From an uncultured Bacilli bacterium (GTDB taxonomy: Bacteria; Bacillota_I; Bacilli_A; RF39; UBA660), in NCBI GenBank assembly GCA_944363785.1, contig CALVVF010000001.1, positions 2,474 to 66,473 of the forward strand: 64,000 nucleotides of DNA. The letters run 5' to 3'. Numbering within the stretch: the first letter of the stretch is position 1; each line of letters opens with the position of its first letter. Positions 10,205-21,620 of the stretch are shown here, one piece after another. Position numbers and translations under genes: made by a program. The notes under the pieces are model-generated. The model was not told the DNA's origin and searched no databases. It saw nothing but the letters and a program-made list of their open reading frames with translations.

Positions 10205-12866
10205 TACGGAAATTAGAAAAATGTGGTATGACTTTTTTGAAAGTAAAGGACATAAGAAGATGCCAAGTGCGCCTTTAGTTCCTATTAACGATGATAGTCT
10301 ATTATGGATAAATGCGGGAGTTACACCGTTAAAAAAATATTTCGATGGAACTGAAGTTCCCGAAAATAGACGAATCGTTAGTGTTCAAAAATGTATTCGA
10401 ACCAACGATATCGAAAACGTCGGAATGACTTCTCGCCATCAAACATTCTTTGAGATGATGGGAAACTTTTCTGTTGGGGATTATTTTAAAGAAGAAGCGA
10501 TCGAATTTGCTTACGAATTACTAACTTCTCCTAAATGGTTTGCGATAGATAAAGATAAGCTTTATATGACAGTATATACAGCGGATGAGGTTGCTTATCA
10601 AAAATGGAAAAGTCTAGGAGTAGAAGAATCACACTTAATTCGCTTAGATGAAAACTTCTGGGAAATAGGGGAAGGACCATGTGGACCAGACAGTGAAATT
10701 TTCTATGATCGTGGAGAAAAATACGATCCTAATCATGATGCGTTAGAAAAGTTTAAACAAGATCAAGACCAAGATCGTTATATTGAAATTTGGAATAATG
10801 TATTTAGTCAATTTAATGCTAAAGGAGGTATTCCTCGTGAAGAATATCCGGAACTTCCTAGTAAAAATATCGATACAGGTGCCGGCTTAGAACGTTGGGC
10901 ATGTATTTTCCAAAATGTCGATTCTAACTTTGATACCGATCTATTTGCCCCAATTATCAAAAAGATTGAAGAATTAAGTGGTGTACTTTATAACGGGGAT
11001 GCTTCATTTAAGATTATTGCTGACCATATTCGTGCCCTTACAGTAGCCCTTTCTGATGGCGCAGTATTCGAAAATGTTGGTCGTGGTTATGTATTAAGGA
11101 GACTACTTCGTCGTAGTGTCAGAATGGGAAAGAAACTAGGAATGAACGATGCTTTCATGTATAAGCTAGTCGATACAGTCATTACTACTATGGAAGAGTC
11201 TTATCCGGAATTACGCGAAAATCAAGGAACGATTGAAGCCTTAGTTTATGAAGAAGAAGAATTATTCCACAAAACTTTAGCTGCTGGAGAACGTAGATTA
11301 TTAGAACTAATGGAAAAATCAACCACTAAGACGATTTCTGGTGAAGAAGTATTCCGTCTTTATGATACTTATGGTTTCCCATACGAATTAACCTTAGAGT
11401 ACTTAGAAGAAAATGGCTTTACTACATCACGGGAAGAGTTCGACCGTTTCATGCAAGAACAAAAACAACTAGCTAAATCTTCTCGTAAACAAGAAGCCAA
11501 TATGAATATGCAAAATGAAGCTTTACTTAGCTTTACAGAAAAAAGTGAGTTCATCTATTCTAGTTATAACGAAAAAGGTCATGTAATCGGACTACTCGAT
11601 AATGATCACTTTGTCGATGAATTAACTAAAGAAGGTTACGTTATCTTAGATAGAACCTGTTTCTATGCTGAAAGTGGTGGTCAAGTTAGCGATACCGGAA
11701 TGTTGATCGGCAAGAATTTTAAAGCTCGAGTATTGGATGTATTAAAAGCCCCAAATGGTCAACACCTACACAAAATAAAACTCCTAGATGGAAAAATTAT
11801 GCTTCAAGATGAAGTAAAATCAAGTATTGATGAAATGAGAAGAAAACAAATTGAAGTCAATCACTCATGTGTTCATCTCCTTCAGTATGCACTACGAACA
11901 GTAATCAGTGATAAAATTCATCAAGCAGGTAGTAAAGTAGATGAAGATTCTCTTCGTTTTGATTTTACTTATCCAGGTAAAATATTAGATGAAAAGGTAG
12001 TAGAAGTAGAGGAGTTTATCAACCACTATATCGAGAATAACTACGCTTCAACCACTGAAATTATGAGCTTAGAAGAAGCTAAACAAACAGGAGCGATGGC
12101 CCTTTTTGGTGAAAAATACGGAAGTGAAGTTCGCGTAGTCACGATTGGCGATTCTAAAGAGTTATGTGGAGGAACCCATATTAAAAATACCAATGAAATT
12201 AAAAAAGTAGCAATTCTATCTGTAGAATCTAAGGGAAGTAATATCTATCGTATCGAAGCAGTAACTAACGACGCAATCGAAGATGCGTTAATGGATGCGA
12301 TCAAACCATACAATGACGAGAAAATTAAATTGTTGATGAAAGCAAGAGGCATCATTACAAAAGCTAAAAACGAGGGTATCAATTTGGACTTCAATATCGA
12401 TATTGATAATCTAGAACCAACTAGTTACCAAGATATTCTAAAAGAAAGAGGCGAGTTAGAGTATACCCAATCCGAAGTAAAAGAACTAGAAAAAGCATAT
12501 ATTGCGGAGAAACAAAAACAAGCACTTTCTCATTTAGATGAATATTTAGAAAAAGTCGAAACGATAAATGGTGTTTCTGTATTATTAATGAAAACTGAAA
12601 ACCAGGATATGACAGTGCTAAAAGAAATCATCGACAACTTATTAAACAAGATGGAAAAAGGATTTATCTTATTCGCCAATTGTAAAGCAGAACAAGTCAA
12701 CTTCCTAGCGAGAAGTAATATCGAATTAAGTGCCGGAGATATCGTCAAGATGGCTGCCCAAAAGTCAAATGGTAATGGCGGCGGTTCTAAAACATTCGCC
12801 CAAGGCGGCGGTAAGACCCCAGAATTTATCGAAGAAATTTTCGATATCGTCAGAAAAGAGATCTAA
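10188..12866 (+). CDS. alaS: Alanine--tRNA ligase
   Basis: QKCIRTNDIENVG, RHQTFFEMMGNFS, DTGAGLER, editing HSCVH and ELCGGTH, C-terminal GNGGG. Confidence 0.99.
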   Translation: MKRMTSTEIRKMWYDFFESKGHKKMPSAPLVPINDDSLLWINAGVTPLKKYFDGTEVPENRRIVSVQKCIRTNDIENVGMTSRHQTFFEMMGNFSVGDYFKEEAIEFAYELLTSPKWFAIDKDKLYMTVYTADEVAYQKWKSLGVEESHLIRLDENFWEIGEGPCGPDSEIFYDRGEKYDPNHDALEKFKQDQDQDRYIEIWNNVFSQFNAKGGIPREEYPELPSKNIDTGAGLERWACIFQNVDSNFDTDLFAPIIKKIEELSGVLYNGDASFKIIADHIRALTVALSDGAVFENVGRGYVLRRLLRRSVRMGKKLGMNDAFMYKLVDTVITTMEESYPELRENQGTIEALVYEEEELFHKTLAAGERRLLELMEKSTTKTISGEEVFRLYDTYGFPYELTLEYLEENGFTTSREEFDRFMQEQKQLAKSSRKQEANMNMQNEALLSFTEKSEFIYSSYNEKGHVIGLLDNDHFVDELTKEGYVILDRTCFYAESGGQVSDTGMLIGKNFKARVLDVLKAPNGQHLHKIKLLDGKIMLQDEVKSSIDEMRRKQIEVNHSCVHLLQYALRTVISDKIHQAGSKVDEDSLRFDFTYPGKILDEKVVEVEEFINHYIENNYASTTEIMSLEEAKQTGAMALFGEKYGSEVRVVTIGDSKELCGGTHIKNTNEIKKVAILSVESKGSNIYRIEAVTNDAIEDALMDAIKPYNDEKIKLLMKARGIITKAKNEGINLDFNIDIDNLEPTSYQDILKERGELEYTQSEVKELEKAYIAEKQKQALSHLDEYLEKVETINGVSVLLMKTENQDMTVLKEIIDNLLNKMEKGFILFANCKAEQVNFLARSNIELSAGDIVKMAAQKSNGNGGGSKTFAQGGGKTPEFIEEIFDIVRKEI

Positions 12867-12867
12867 C

Positions 12868-13806
12868 ATGAAACCGGTGTATATTATTGTTTCTAAAGAT
12901 CCGATAACGATAGAAGAAAGAATAAAAGAAATCACTTCTACAGCTAGTCAGAGTGAAATTGTTCGTTATGATCTTCACGAAATTCCTATTCAAAGAGTAA
13001 TTGAAGATTTGGATACGTGTAATTTATTTAGTAGTCAAAAACTCATCATCGCTTCTCCTGCTGTCTTTTTATCCGGTGAAAAGACAAAAGGAGTAGTCGA
13101 TCATGATATCACAAAATTAGAAAGATATCTTGAAAATCCCAGTCCAGTTAATATTCTTATCTTAGTAACAGACACCCTAGATAAAAGAAAAAAGATAACT
13201 ACCACGCTTTCTACTTCTTCTACTACCCAAATTTTAGAAGGAGAAATTTCACCCCAAGAATATATTAAACAACATTTAGATGACTACCAAATCGATAGTA
13301 AAAGCATAAATTTCTTAATCGAATATTGTGGCTGTGATAGTGCTAAAATCATGATGGAATGGGAGAAATTAAAACTATATAAAATCGATACCAAAACGAT
13401 CAATATCCAAGACATTCAAACTGTCGTAACCAAAAGTATCGACGATAATATTTTTACCTTTATCGATAATCTATTATCAGGAAAGAAAAAAGAAGCATTC
13501 GAAATCTACCAAGATTTACTTCTCCATGGGGAACAACCCACTAGTATATTAAGTAAATTAGCCAATAAAATTCGTTTGCTTTATCAAGTAAAAACTTTAT
13601 TAAAAACCGGAAAAAGTGATATGGAAATTGCGAAATTACTCGCCGTTCATCCTTATCCTGTCAAATTAGCTAGAGAGTCATCATACCGCTATCCTGAAAA
13701 TCTCCTCTTAGCTTACCTAAAAAAACTTTCTACTATTGACTTAGAAATGAAAAGTGGAAAAATAACCGATAGTGTAGCTTTAGAAATGATGATGGCTAGT
13801 ATTTAG
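12868..13806 (+). CDS. holA: DNA polymerase III delta subunit
   Basis: Start ATG 12868 right after alaS stop; LDKRKK, EWEKLKLY, NIFTFID, VHPYPVKLA, IDLEMKSG. Confidence 0.92.
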   Translation: MKPVYIIVSKDPITIEERIKEITSTASQSEIVRYDLHEIPIQRVIEDLDTCNLFSSQKLIIASPAVFLSGEKTKGVVDHDITKLERYLENPSPVNILILVTDTLDKRKKITTTLSTSSTTQILEGEISPQEYIKQHLDDYQIDSKSINFLIEYCGCDSAKIMMEWEKLKLYKIDTKTINIQDIQTVVTKSIDDNIFTFIDNLLSGKKKEAFEIYQDLLLHGEQPTSILSKLANKIRLLYQVKTLLKTGKSDMEIAKLLAVHPYPVKLARESSYRYPENLLLAYLKKLSTIDLEMKSGKITDSVALEMMMASI

Positions 13807-13832
13807 AATAAGAGGAAAACTCTTATTTTTTT
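13807..13832 (+). terminator. Intrinsic terminator after holA
   Basis: AATAAGAG-gaaaa-CTCTTATT + T tract. Confidence 0.75.
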
Positions 13833-13940
13833 CTACGCCCGGTAACTGATAGTAAACAAAATATATTGATGAAAAGTATTTTTATAGTGAAGAAAAACTA
13901 AACTTCATGCTATAATAGAAATAGAGTAAGGGTGATTTAG

Positions 13941-16900
13941 ATGTATAGAAAATTAAAACAATTTAAAAAAGATTTACGGATAATGGAAAAATATTATCGT
14001 TATTTAGTAAAACTAACTTCATCCCATCAAACAATCGGTGCCTTTAATGAATGGATTCTCGATAACTATGCGTCCATCTTAGAACACGAAAATATGGTAC
14101 TAGAGTATTATGGGGATGAAAAACTAATGTTATCTTCTAAGAGTAGTAGTGATATCATATGGAATTGCTTAAGTACGTATTTAGAGGGTAGTCATTATAA
14201 AATGTCGAAGAAAAACTTAATTCGCTGTTTTACCCAATATCAAAAGAATAATAATATTTCTTTTACTTACAGAGAATTATTGTTGATTCGCCCGATCCTT
14301 TCTATGATTGTCGTTCATAAAATGCGACTTCTTTGCGATATCGAAAAACATAACTTAGAAGAAAAAAGACGTGCAGAAAAAGATATTAAATACGTAGAAA
14401 AGAAACTACAAAAAAATAAAAATGCATCTATTCATCAATATATTTCTATCCAAGAAGATATTATTGAATATCCTGTTTGTTTAGAATATTTAAACGAAAA
14501 TCTTCATCGGTTGAACCGGGAAGCAAGTACTCTTTTTTACGAGTTAAATGAAAACTTAGAGAAGAATAATACCAATTTAAAGAAAGTATTAAATAGTGTA
14601 TATCAAAATCAAATCAATAATCATTTAATCATCAGTAATTTATTTCATATATTGAAATTAAATGAGAATTTAAAACTAGAAACTTTATACGAAGAAATCA
14701 GTGATACTGAAAAAGGGTTAAATACAGATAAAATCTATAAGGCAATGTCATCAGATACGAAAGATAGTTATCGTAGTCAGATCATTAAGAATGCCAAAAA
14801 GAAAAAAGTAAATGAATTGATCTATGCTAGACGTTTAATTGCTAAAGGGGAAAAAGAAAAGAAACATATTGGTTTTTTCTTATTTAAAGAACCGAATATC
14901 CATAGAAGAGAAGTTATTTATATTGTATCTATCGTTATGTTAACGACGATACTTTCTTACTTTCTATCTACCTTTTTAACTCCTTACTGGTTGCTTGGTA
15001 TTTTGATTTTATGGATTCCTACTAGTGAAGTGATTATTCAAATTCTCAATCATTTTTTAACTCGTCTTTGCAGACCGAAAGCACTACCTAAAATGGATTA
15101 TTCTAAAGGGTTAAAAGAGGATACAGCCGTTATGGTAGTTATTCCTACGATCTTAAAAGATACGAAAAAAATTGATGAAATGTATCGTAACTTAGAGACT
15201 TGTTACTTAGCCAACAAAACAAAGCATTTATACTTTACCTTATTGGGAGACTGTAGTGAACAGAAGCAACCTACAGTTAAATTGGATGAAGAAGTAGCTA
15301 ACTATGGCGTATTAAAAGCCAAAGAGTTAAATGAAAAGTATCAGGCAAATATCTTTTATTTTGCTTATCGTAATCGAGTATGGCACGAAAGTGAAGAGTC
15401 TTATCTTGGATGGGAACGAAAACGTGGAGCTTTAATTCATTTTAATTCTTTACTACTTCATAAATTCTCTAATGAAGAAAAAAAGAAACATTTCAGAGTA
15501 GAAACCTTATCCTCTCTAAAAGCCAAAATTAAGTACGTAATTACCTTAGATGCCGATACTAAATTAGTCGTAAATAGTGTAACAGACTTAGTAGGAACGA
15601 TGAACCATCCACTTAATCGACCTGTCTTAAATAAAGAACGAAATAAAGTAATAAGTGGTTATGGGATCATTCAACCTAAACTAAGTGTCGATGTCGAATC
15701 ATCCAATAAATCGATGTATGCAGAATTATTTGCTGGTTTAGGTGGTTTCGATGTCTATAATACCCTTGTTTCTAACTTCTATCAGGATGTTTTTCATGAA
15801 GGTAGTTTCATGGGTAAAGGGATCTATGATTTAAAAACCTATGATGAAGTAGTCACTCATCGTTTTCCTGAACAACTTATTCTAAGTCATGATTTGGTGG
15901 AAAGTAATTTACTTCATAGTGGCTATACTTCAAACATCGAGTTGTTTGATGACTTTTGTAGTCGTTACTTAACCGATATGACGAGACATCATCGTTGGAT
16001 GAGAGGGGATGTACAAGTAACAGGATGGTTATTCCCAACGGTAAGAGATGAAAGTGGTAAAAAATATCATAACCCTATGACTTTGATAGAAAAATGGAAA
16101 ATCTTCGATAATATTCGTCGCGGGTTCATCGAATTTTTCTTATTACTCATTTTATTGATCGCGTATTTCAACAGTCATATTAGTCTTACTTGGTGGGGAC
16201 TTTATATCATTTTAATTATTGCCTTACCAGTCATCTTTTATCTAATCGAAAAACTACGTCATCAATTTAATCGTAAAGTGAAAGTAAAACCATATACAAA
16301 TATTATTAAAAGTGGTGAAGCAGTAATCATAAGAACCGTTATTTCCTTTACGACTATTCCTTATAAAGCCAATTTATACTTGAATGCAACAGCCAAATCT
16401 CTTTATCGAATGTTTATCAGTAAAAAGAAACTATTAAATTGGTTAACGGCTGAAGAAGCAGAAAAAACAGTAAGTAATACCTTAACCAATTACATCGAAA
16501 ACTTTAAACCTAACTATGTAGTGATTGCAATTTTGATTATCTTTACTTATCTATTTCAAAATCAAAATCTAGTATCCGCTATGTGTATTAGTTTAGCTTT
16601 TGCTTTAGGACCATATATTACGTATTATATTAGTAAAGAATCAAGAAGAAGTAGATTTCAACTAGCTCGTAGTGAAAAAGAAGAGTTTAGAAAGTTAGCC
16701 TATAAAACTTGGAAATTCTTTGAAGAAAATCTAACGGAAGAAAATCATTATTTAATTCCTGATAATTATCAAGAAAATAGAGATAATAAAGCAGATAATA
16801 AAACATCGCCAACCGATATTGGCTATTCGCTAACTTCTGTAGTTTCTGCTTATGAACTAGGGTTTATCAGACGAGAAAAAGCCCTATTTTACTTAGAACA

Positions 16901-19900
16901 CATCTTAGATACAGTCGAACAATTAGATAAGTGGCATGGACACTTGTACAATTGGTATAACATTCATCATCTACAAGTGTTATTCCCTCATTTTATCTCT
17001 AGTGTCGATAGTGGGAATTTCGTTGCTTCTTTGATCGTAGTAAAAGAATTCTTATTGAAATTAAAAGAAGATAAATTAGCTCTAACGGTAAAAAAGATGA
17101 TCGACGATGCTGACTTTTCAAAATTATACACAGAAGATGACGTCTTTAGTGTCGGCTATAACGATTTAGAAAATGAATTATCCGTCTACAAATATAACCG
17201 TTTTGCGAGTGAGAGTAGATTACTTAGTTATGTGGCAATTGCTAAAGGTGATGTTCCTAGTAAGCATTGGTTCTGTTTAGATAAAACTCTAACCAAATAT
17301 AAACTACATAAGGGCTTAGCTTCTTGGGCAGGATCTTTATTCGAATATTACATGCCATTAATCTTTATGAAATCTTATCCAAATACTTTATTGGATGAAA
17401 GTTATGACTTTGCTTATGTTTGTCAACGCGCATACATGAGAGATAGAAAACCTAACTTCCCATGGGGAATTTCAGAATGTGCTTATGATGAGTTAGACAA
17501 TGGAATTAACTATAAATATAAAACTTTCTCCATTCCTTATTTAAAACTACAAGAAGTAGAAGATGAAAGAATTGTCATCTCTCCTTATAGTTCATTATTA
17601 GTCGTTACCGAAAAACCAAAAGAAGTCTATCATAATTATCAACGATTAAAGAAATTGAATTTAGAGTCTAATTATGGTTTATATGAATCCTTTGATACTG
17701 AGACTAATCGTCCTGTTTATGCTTATTTTTCTCATCATCAAGGAATGATTTTAGCATCACTAACCAATTATTTAACCGATGGAGTAATTCAGGATTTATT
17801 CATGGAAGATACCAATAATCAAGCATTTGAAATTCTAACGAAAGAAAAGATCCAATTAAATCCTGTTATCGATTGGAAGATTGCGAAATATAAGCGCTTT
17901 AACTACCAAAAAGAAGTCGTGGAAAACGATATGCGTTATTTTACTTACCCATCTAGTATCCCTGAAGTATCTGCCATATCGAATGGAAAATATACTGTCT
18001 TAATGAACGATCGTGGAGATGGCTTTAGTCGTTATAAAGAACTCCAACTTAATCGTTACCGTAAAGTAACTGAACAAGACTATGGAACTTTCTTATATTT
18101 AAAAGATGTCAAGACTGGAAAATATTGGTCAAATACCTATGCCCCAATCAATAAAAAACCAGAAAAGTACGAAGTAGTTTTTGCTTCTGACCGGCTAAAA
18201 TATGTCTTAGTCGAAAACGATATTGCGACAACAACAGAAATTGTCGTCAGTACGACTTATCAAGCAGAAATTCGCAAAGTAACCATTAAGAATAATGCGA
18301 AAGAGGTAAAGACAATCGAACTTACGACTTATCTAGAACCGACAATCATCGAAAATGTAAGTGATGTTACCCACAGAACATTCAATAGTTTATTTTTAGA
18401 AAGTGAATTCGATCTCGATACTGAGTCCCTCATCATGAAAAAAACCGTAAGAAACAGTGAGAATAACTATTACTTACTTCATCGCTTACATATACCAGAT
18501 AGAATAGAAGAATATAGTTGGGAAACGAGAAGAGATCTCTTTATCGGTAGAAACCATACCGCTAAAGACCCAATTGCCTTATTCAAAAACCTATCAAATA
18601 AAACCAAAACTCCAATCGATCCGGTAATGAGCATGCGTAGTCGTATTGTCCTTGAACCAGAAGAATCTCAAGAAATCTACATTCTAAACTGCTTTGGTAC
18701 AAGTAGAAAACAAGTAATCGAAGCAGCAAAGAACTATGAAGATCCATTAAAAATAGAAGAAGCTTTTGAAATAGCGACAATTACTAATGTCAACAGCATG
18801 AAGAAATTAAATATCACCGGAGAAGACATGCGTCTTTATAACATCATGTTAAATTACTTGTATCAAACGAGTAGAATGAATATTAATGATCAAAGAAAAG
18901 AACTACTAAAAGAAAACCAACTTTCTCAAGAAAACCTATGGAAATTTGGTATTTCTGGAGATAGACCGATGATTACCTTGACGATTCATGATCTTAATTC
19001 CCTAAGTTTAGCAAAACAAGTATTAAAAGCTTATGAATATTTCAAAAATAAAGGCATTTATGTAGATATTATTTTAATTAATGCCGAAGAAAATCCATAT
19101 GATAAAAACTTGAAAAAAGCCATCAACTTTGTGATTTATCAAATTCAAAAGACCAATTCTTTTGGATCTAGACCAGGCAATATTTATTATATTGAACAGG
19201 AAAAATTAACTCGTGAAGAAGAAATCTTATTGAATACAGTAGCTAGACTACGTTTAGATAGTAGAGAGACTTCATCATTAAAAGCTTATATTGAATCTCT
19301 ACAAAGTCAAAATAGTGCTAGTAACTATAAAGTAATTCAAAAACAAGATACGATTAAGATTCCATTCGATGAAAAAGAACTTACTTATTTTAATGGCTAT
19401 GGTGGTTTTGCTAAAGAGGGAAAAGAATATGTGATCATTAATGAACTTACACCAACTCCTTGGACCAATATTTTAGCTAATCAACAGTTTGGTACTTTAA
19501 TAACCAACAATGCAGCAGGCTTTACTTATGCGTATAATAGTCAAGACTTTAAACTTACTTCATGGACCAATGATATTGTATCTTTTGATCAATCTGAGGG
19601 TATTAGAATCAACGATGAGAGCTTTAATCCAGTAATTACCAGACATGGTTTTGGTTATACCACATTCCTTAGTGAAACAGAACAATTTAAAGAAGAATTA
19701 ACAGAGTTTGTTGCCGAAGAGGAAAAAGTAAAATTCTATCGTTTCCAAATTACCAATAAAACCGATAAAGAAGAGATTCGTCTTACTTTCTGGATGAACC
19801 CAGTACTAGGAAATCTAGAAGAAAAAACGAGTCGTTATATCTTAACCGAAGAAAGAAAAGAAGAAAATTATTTAGCTCTTAAAAACGTCTATCAAAAAGA

Positions 19901-21620
19901 GTATCGGGATCAAACGGTATTCTTAACTAGTAGTGAAAAAATTGATCGTATGAATACAAAACAAATATTAGTAAAATCAATCGAAGTAGATATCCAAGTA
20001 CCAAAAGGAAAAACAAAGACCATTACTTTCTTACTTGGATGTGGAAAAGAAGACGAAATTAAAAAAGTAATTAAGCAATTTCCTACTCAGGAAAGTATTG
20101 ACTTAGAATTAGAACGTGTTCAAACGTATTGGGATAAAACTTTAAGTAAAGTACAAGTAGAAACCCCAGATACTAGCCTAAATTACATGTTAAATGGTTG
20201 GTACTTATATCAGACACTAGTCGGTAGAATAATGGCTAGAGCTGGTTTTTACCAAGTAAGTGGTGCATTTGGTTACCGTGATCAATTACAAGACTCTATT
20301 AATGTTTGTCCTATTTATCCAGAGATGACTAGACGTCAGATATTAAATAATGCTAAACATCAATTTAAAGAAGGAGATGTTCTTCATTGGTGGTTAGAAC
20401 CGAAAAATTTTGGTTTAAGAAGTCGGTTTAAAGATGATTATCTCTGGTTAGTTTATGCGACGAGTGAATATTTAAAATATACTTCAGATACGGATATTTT
20501 ATTTGAAAAAGTACCGTTTATAGTAGGAGAGGCATTAGCGGATTATGAAGAAGAAAAGGGTGTAAGCTTTACTTTCTCTGAACAAGAAGAAACCGTATAT
20601 GAACATTGTCGTCTAGCTATCGAAAGAACCCTACATGATCTAGGAAAACATGGTTTACCTAAAATGGGTGGTGGCGATTGGAACGACGGAATGAATAAAA
20701 TTGGTATTCATGGTTTAGGAGAGAGTGTTTGGTTAGGTTTCTTCTTCTATGATCTACTAGAACGTTTTATTCAGATTACTCATCTTTACGATGACAAACT
20801 AGAAGTTACTACTTATCAAAAAGCCAAAGAACAATTAAAAGAAAAATTGAATAAAGAAGCTTGGGATGGAGAATACTACTTAAGAGCCTTCTTTGATAAT
20901 GGCGAACTAGTTGGTTCTAAAACAAGTGAAGAATGTAAGATTGATTTGATCTCACAAAGTTTCTCTATTTTATCAGAAGTAATTCCACAAGAAAGAAAAG
21001 AAAGTGTATTAAATGCCGTTCGGAAATATTTAGTGGATAAGAAAACAGGTATAGTTAAACTATTGACCCCAGCCTTTAAAAACTCGAAAAATTATCCAGG
21101 TTATATCATGGATTATCCAATTGGAGTTCGTGAGAATGGTGGTCAGTATACCCATGCCGTTTCTTGGTATGTGATGGCTTTACTAAAAGAAAATAAATTC
21201 GACGAAGCTTACGACATCTATCAAATGGTAAACCCAATCAATCACACCAACACCGATAAAGAAGTAGAAACTTATATGGTAGAACCGTATGTCATTGCGG
21301 CGGATATTTATTCTAATCCTGATCACAAAGGTCGTGGTGGTTGGACATGGTATACCGGATCTAGTGGATGGTTTTACCGAGTTGGATTAGAATACATTTG
21401 TGGATTCACACTTCGTGGTCAAGAATTAGTCATTGCGCCTCATATGCCAACTAAATGGAAGATATTGAAGATCAATTATCACTATTTAGATACGATGTAT
21501 CAAATTACCATTTCCAAAGAACAAAAACCAAAGATAGTTGTGGATGGTAAGAAACAAGATAAGATTTTCTTGGTGAATGACGGAAAAACTCATCAAGTAG
21601 AAATAGGGGTGGATAGATGA
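13941..21620 (+). CDS. Cyclic beta-1,2-glucan synthase-like (Cgs/NdvB/ChvB): GT84, TM region, cyclisation domain, GH94 phosphorylase
   Basis: EWILDNY, GWERKRG, TLDADT, LSHDLVES, RHHRWMRGD; PDNYQE, TSPTDIG, GHLYNWY, WGISEC; GAFGYRDQLQD, GGDWNDGMN, ENGGQYTHA, GGWTWYTGSSGW. Confidence 0.93.
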   Translation: MYRKLKQFKKDLRIMEKYYRYLVKLTSSHQTIGAFNEWILDNYASILEHENMVLEYYGDEKLMLSSKSSSDIIWNCLSTYLEGSHYKMSKKNLIRCFTQYQKNNNISFTYRELLLIRPILSMIVVHKMRLLCDIEKHNLEEKRRAEKDIKYVEKKLQKNKNASIHQYISIQEDIIEYPVCLEYLNENLHRLNREASTLFYELNENLEKNNTNLKKVLNSVYQNQINNHLIISNLFHILKLNENLKLETLYEEISDTEKGLNTDKIYKAMSSDTKDSYRSQIIKNAKKKKVNELIYARRLIAKGEKEKKHIGFFLFKEPNIHRREVIYIVSIVMLTTILSYFLSTFLTPYWLLGILILWIPTSEVIIQILNHFLTRLCRPKALPKMDYSKGLKEDTAVMVVIPTILKDTKKIDEMYRNLETCYLANKTKHLYFTLLGDCSEQKQPTVKLDEEVANYGVLKAKELNEKYQANIFYFAYRNRVWHESEESYLGWERKRGALIHFNSLLLHKFSNEEKKKHFRVETLSSLKAKIKYVITLDADTKLVVNSVTDLVGTMNHPLNRPVLNKERNKVISGYGIIQPKLSVDVESSNKSMYAELFAGLGGFDVYNTLVSNFYQDVFHEGSFMGKGIYDLKTYDEVVTHRFPEQLILSHDLVESNLLHSGYTSNIELFDDFCSRYLTDMTRHHRWMRGDVQVTGWLFPTVRDESGKKYHNPMTLIEKWKIFDNIRRGFIEFFLLLILLIAYFNSHISLTWWGLYIILIIALPVIFYLIEKLRHQFNRKVKVKPYTNIIKSGEAVIIRTVISFTTIPYKANLYLNATAKSLYRMFISKKKLLNWLTAEEAEKTVSNTLTNYIENFKPNYVVIAILIIFTYLFQNQNLVSAMCISLAFALGPYITYYISKESRRSRFQLARSEKEEFRKLAYKTWKFFEENLTEENHYLIPDNYQENRDNKADNKTSPTDIGYSLTSVVSAYELGFIRREKALFYLEHILDTVEQLDKWHGHLYNWYNIHHLQVLFPHFISSVDSGNFVASLIVVKEFLLKLKEDKLALTVKKMIDDADFSKLYTEDDVFSVGYNDLENELSVYKYNRFASESRLLSYVAIAKGDVPSKHWFCLDKTLTKYKLHKGLASWAGSLFEYYMPLIFMKSYPNTLLDESYDFAYVCQRAYMRDRKPNFPWGISECAYDELDNGINYKYKTFSIPYLKLQEVEDERIVISPYSSLLVVTEKPKEVYHNYQRLKKLNLESNYGLYESFDTETNRPVYAYFSHHQGMILASLTNYLTDGVIQDLFMEDTNNQAFEILTKEKIQLNPVIDWKIAKYKRFNYQKEVVENDMRYFTYPSSIPEVSAISNGKYTVLMNDRGDGFSRYKELQLNRYRKVTEQDYGTFLYLKDVKTGKYWSNTYAPINKKPEKYEVVFASDRLKYVLVENDIATTTEIVVSTTYQAEIRKVTIKNNAKEVKTIELTTYLEPTIIENVSDVTHRTFNSLFLESEFDLDTESLIMKKTVRNSENNYYLLHRLHIPDRIEEYSWETRRDLFIGRNHTAKDPIALFKNLSNKTKTPIDPVMSMRSRIVLEPEESQEIYILNCFGTSRKQVIEAAKNYEDPLKIEEAFEIATITNVNSMKKLNITGEDMRLYNIMLNYLYQTSRMNINDQRKELLKENQLSQENLWKFGISGDRPMITLTIHDLNSLSLAKQVLKAYEYFKNKGIYVDIILINAEENPYDKNLKKAINFVIYQIQKTNSFGSRPGNIYYIEQEKLTREEEILLNTVARLRLDSRETSSLKAYIESLQSQNSASNYKVIQKQDTIKIPFDEKELTYFNGYGGFAKEGKEYVIINELTPTPWTNILANQQFGTLITNNAAGFTYAYNSQDFKLTSWTNDIVSFDQSEGIRINDESFNPVITRHGFGYTTFLSETEQFKEELTEFVAEEEKVKFYRFQITNKTDKEEIRLTFWMNPVLGNLEEKTSRYILTEERKEENYLALKNVYQKEYRDQTVFLTSSEKIDRMNTKQILVKSIEVDIQVPKGKTKTITFLLGCGKEDEIKKVIKQFPTQESIDLELERVQTYWDKTLSKVQVETPDTSLNYMLNGWYLYQTLVGRIMARAGFYQVSGAFGYRDQLQDSINVCPIYPEMTRRQILNNAKHQFKEGDVLHWWLEPKNFGLRSRFKDDYLWLVYATSEYLKYTSDTDILFEKVPFIVGEALADYEEEKGVSFTFSEQEETVYEHCRLAIERTLHDLGKHGLPKMGGGDWNDGMNKIGIHGLGESVWLGFFFYDLLERFIQITHLYDDKLEVTTYQKAKEQLKEKLNKEAWDGEYYLRAFFDNGELVGSKTSEECKIDLISQSFSILSEVIPQERKESVLNAVRKYLVDKKTGIVKLLTPAFKNSKNYPGYIMDYPIGVRENGGQYTHAVSWYVMALLKENKFDEAYDIYQMVNPINHTNTDKEVETYMVEPYVIAADIYSNPDHKGRGGWTWYTGSSGWFYRVGLEYICGFTLRGQELVIAPHMPTKWKILKINYHYLDTMYQITISKEQKPKIVVDGKKQDKIFLVNDGKTHQVEIGVDR

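Noticed and set aside
12730-12867. N-terminal extension of holA overlapping alaS
   Set aside because: Alternate-frame read of the alaS 3' end; ATG 12868 gives a normal-size HolA
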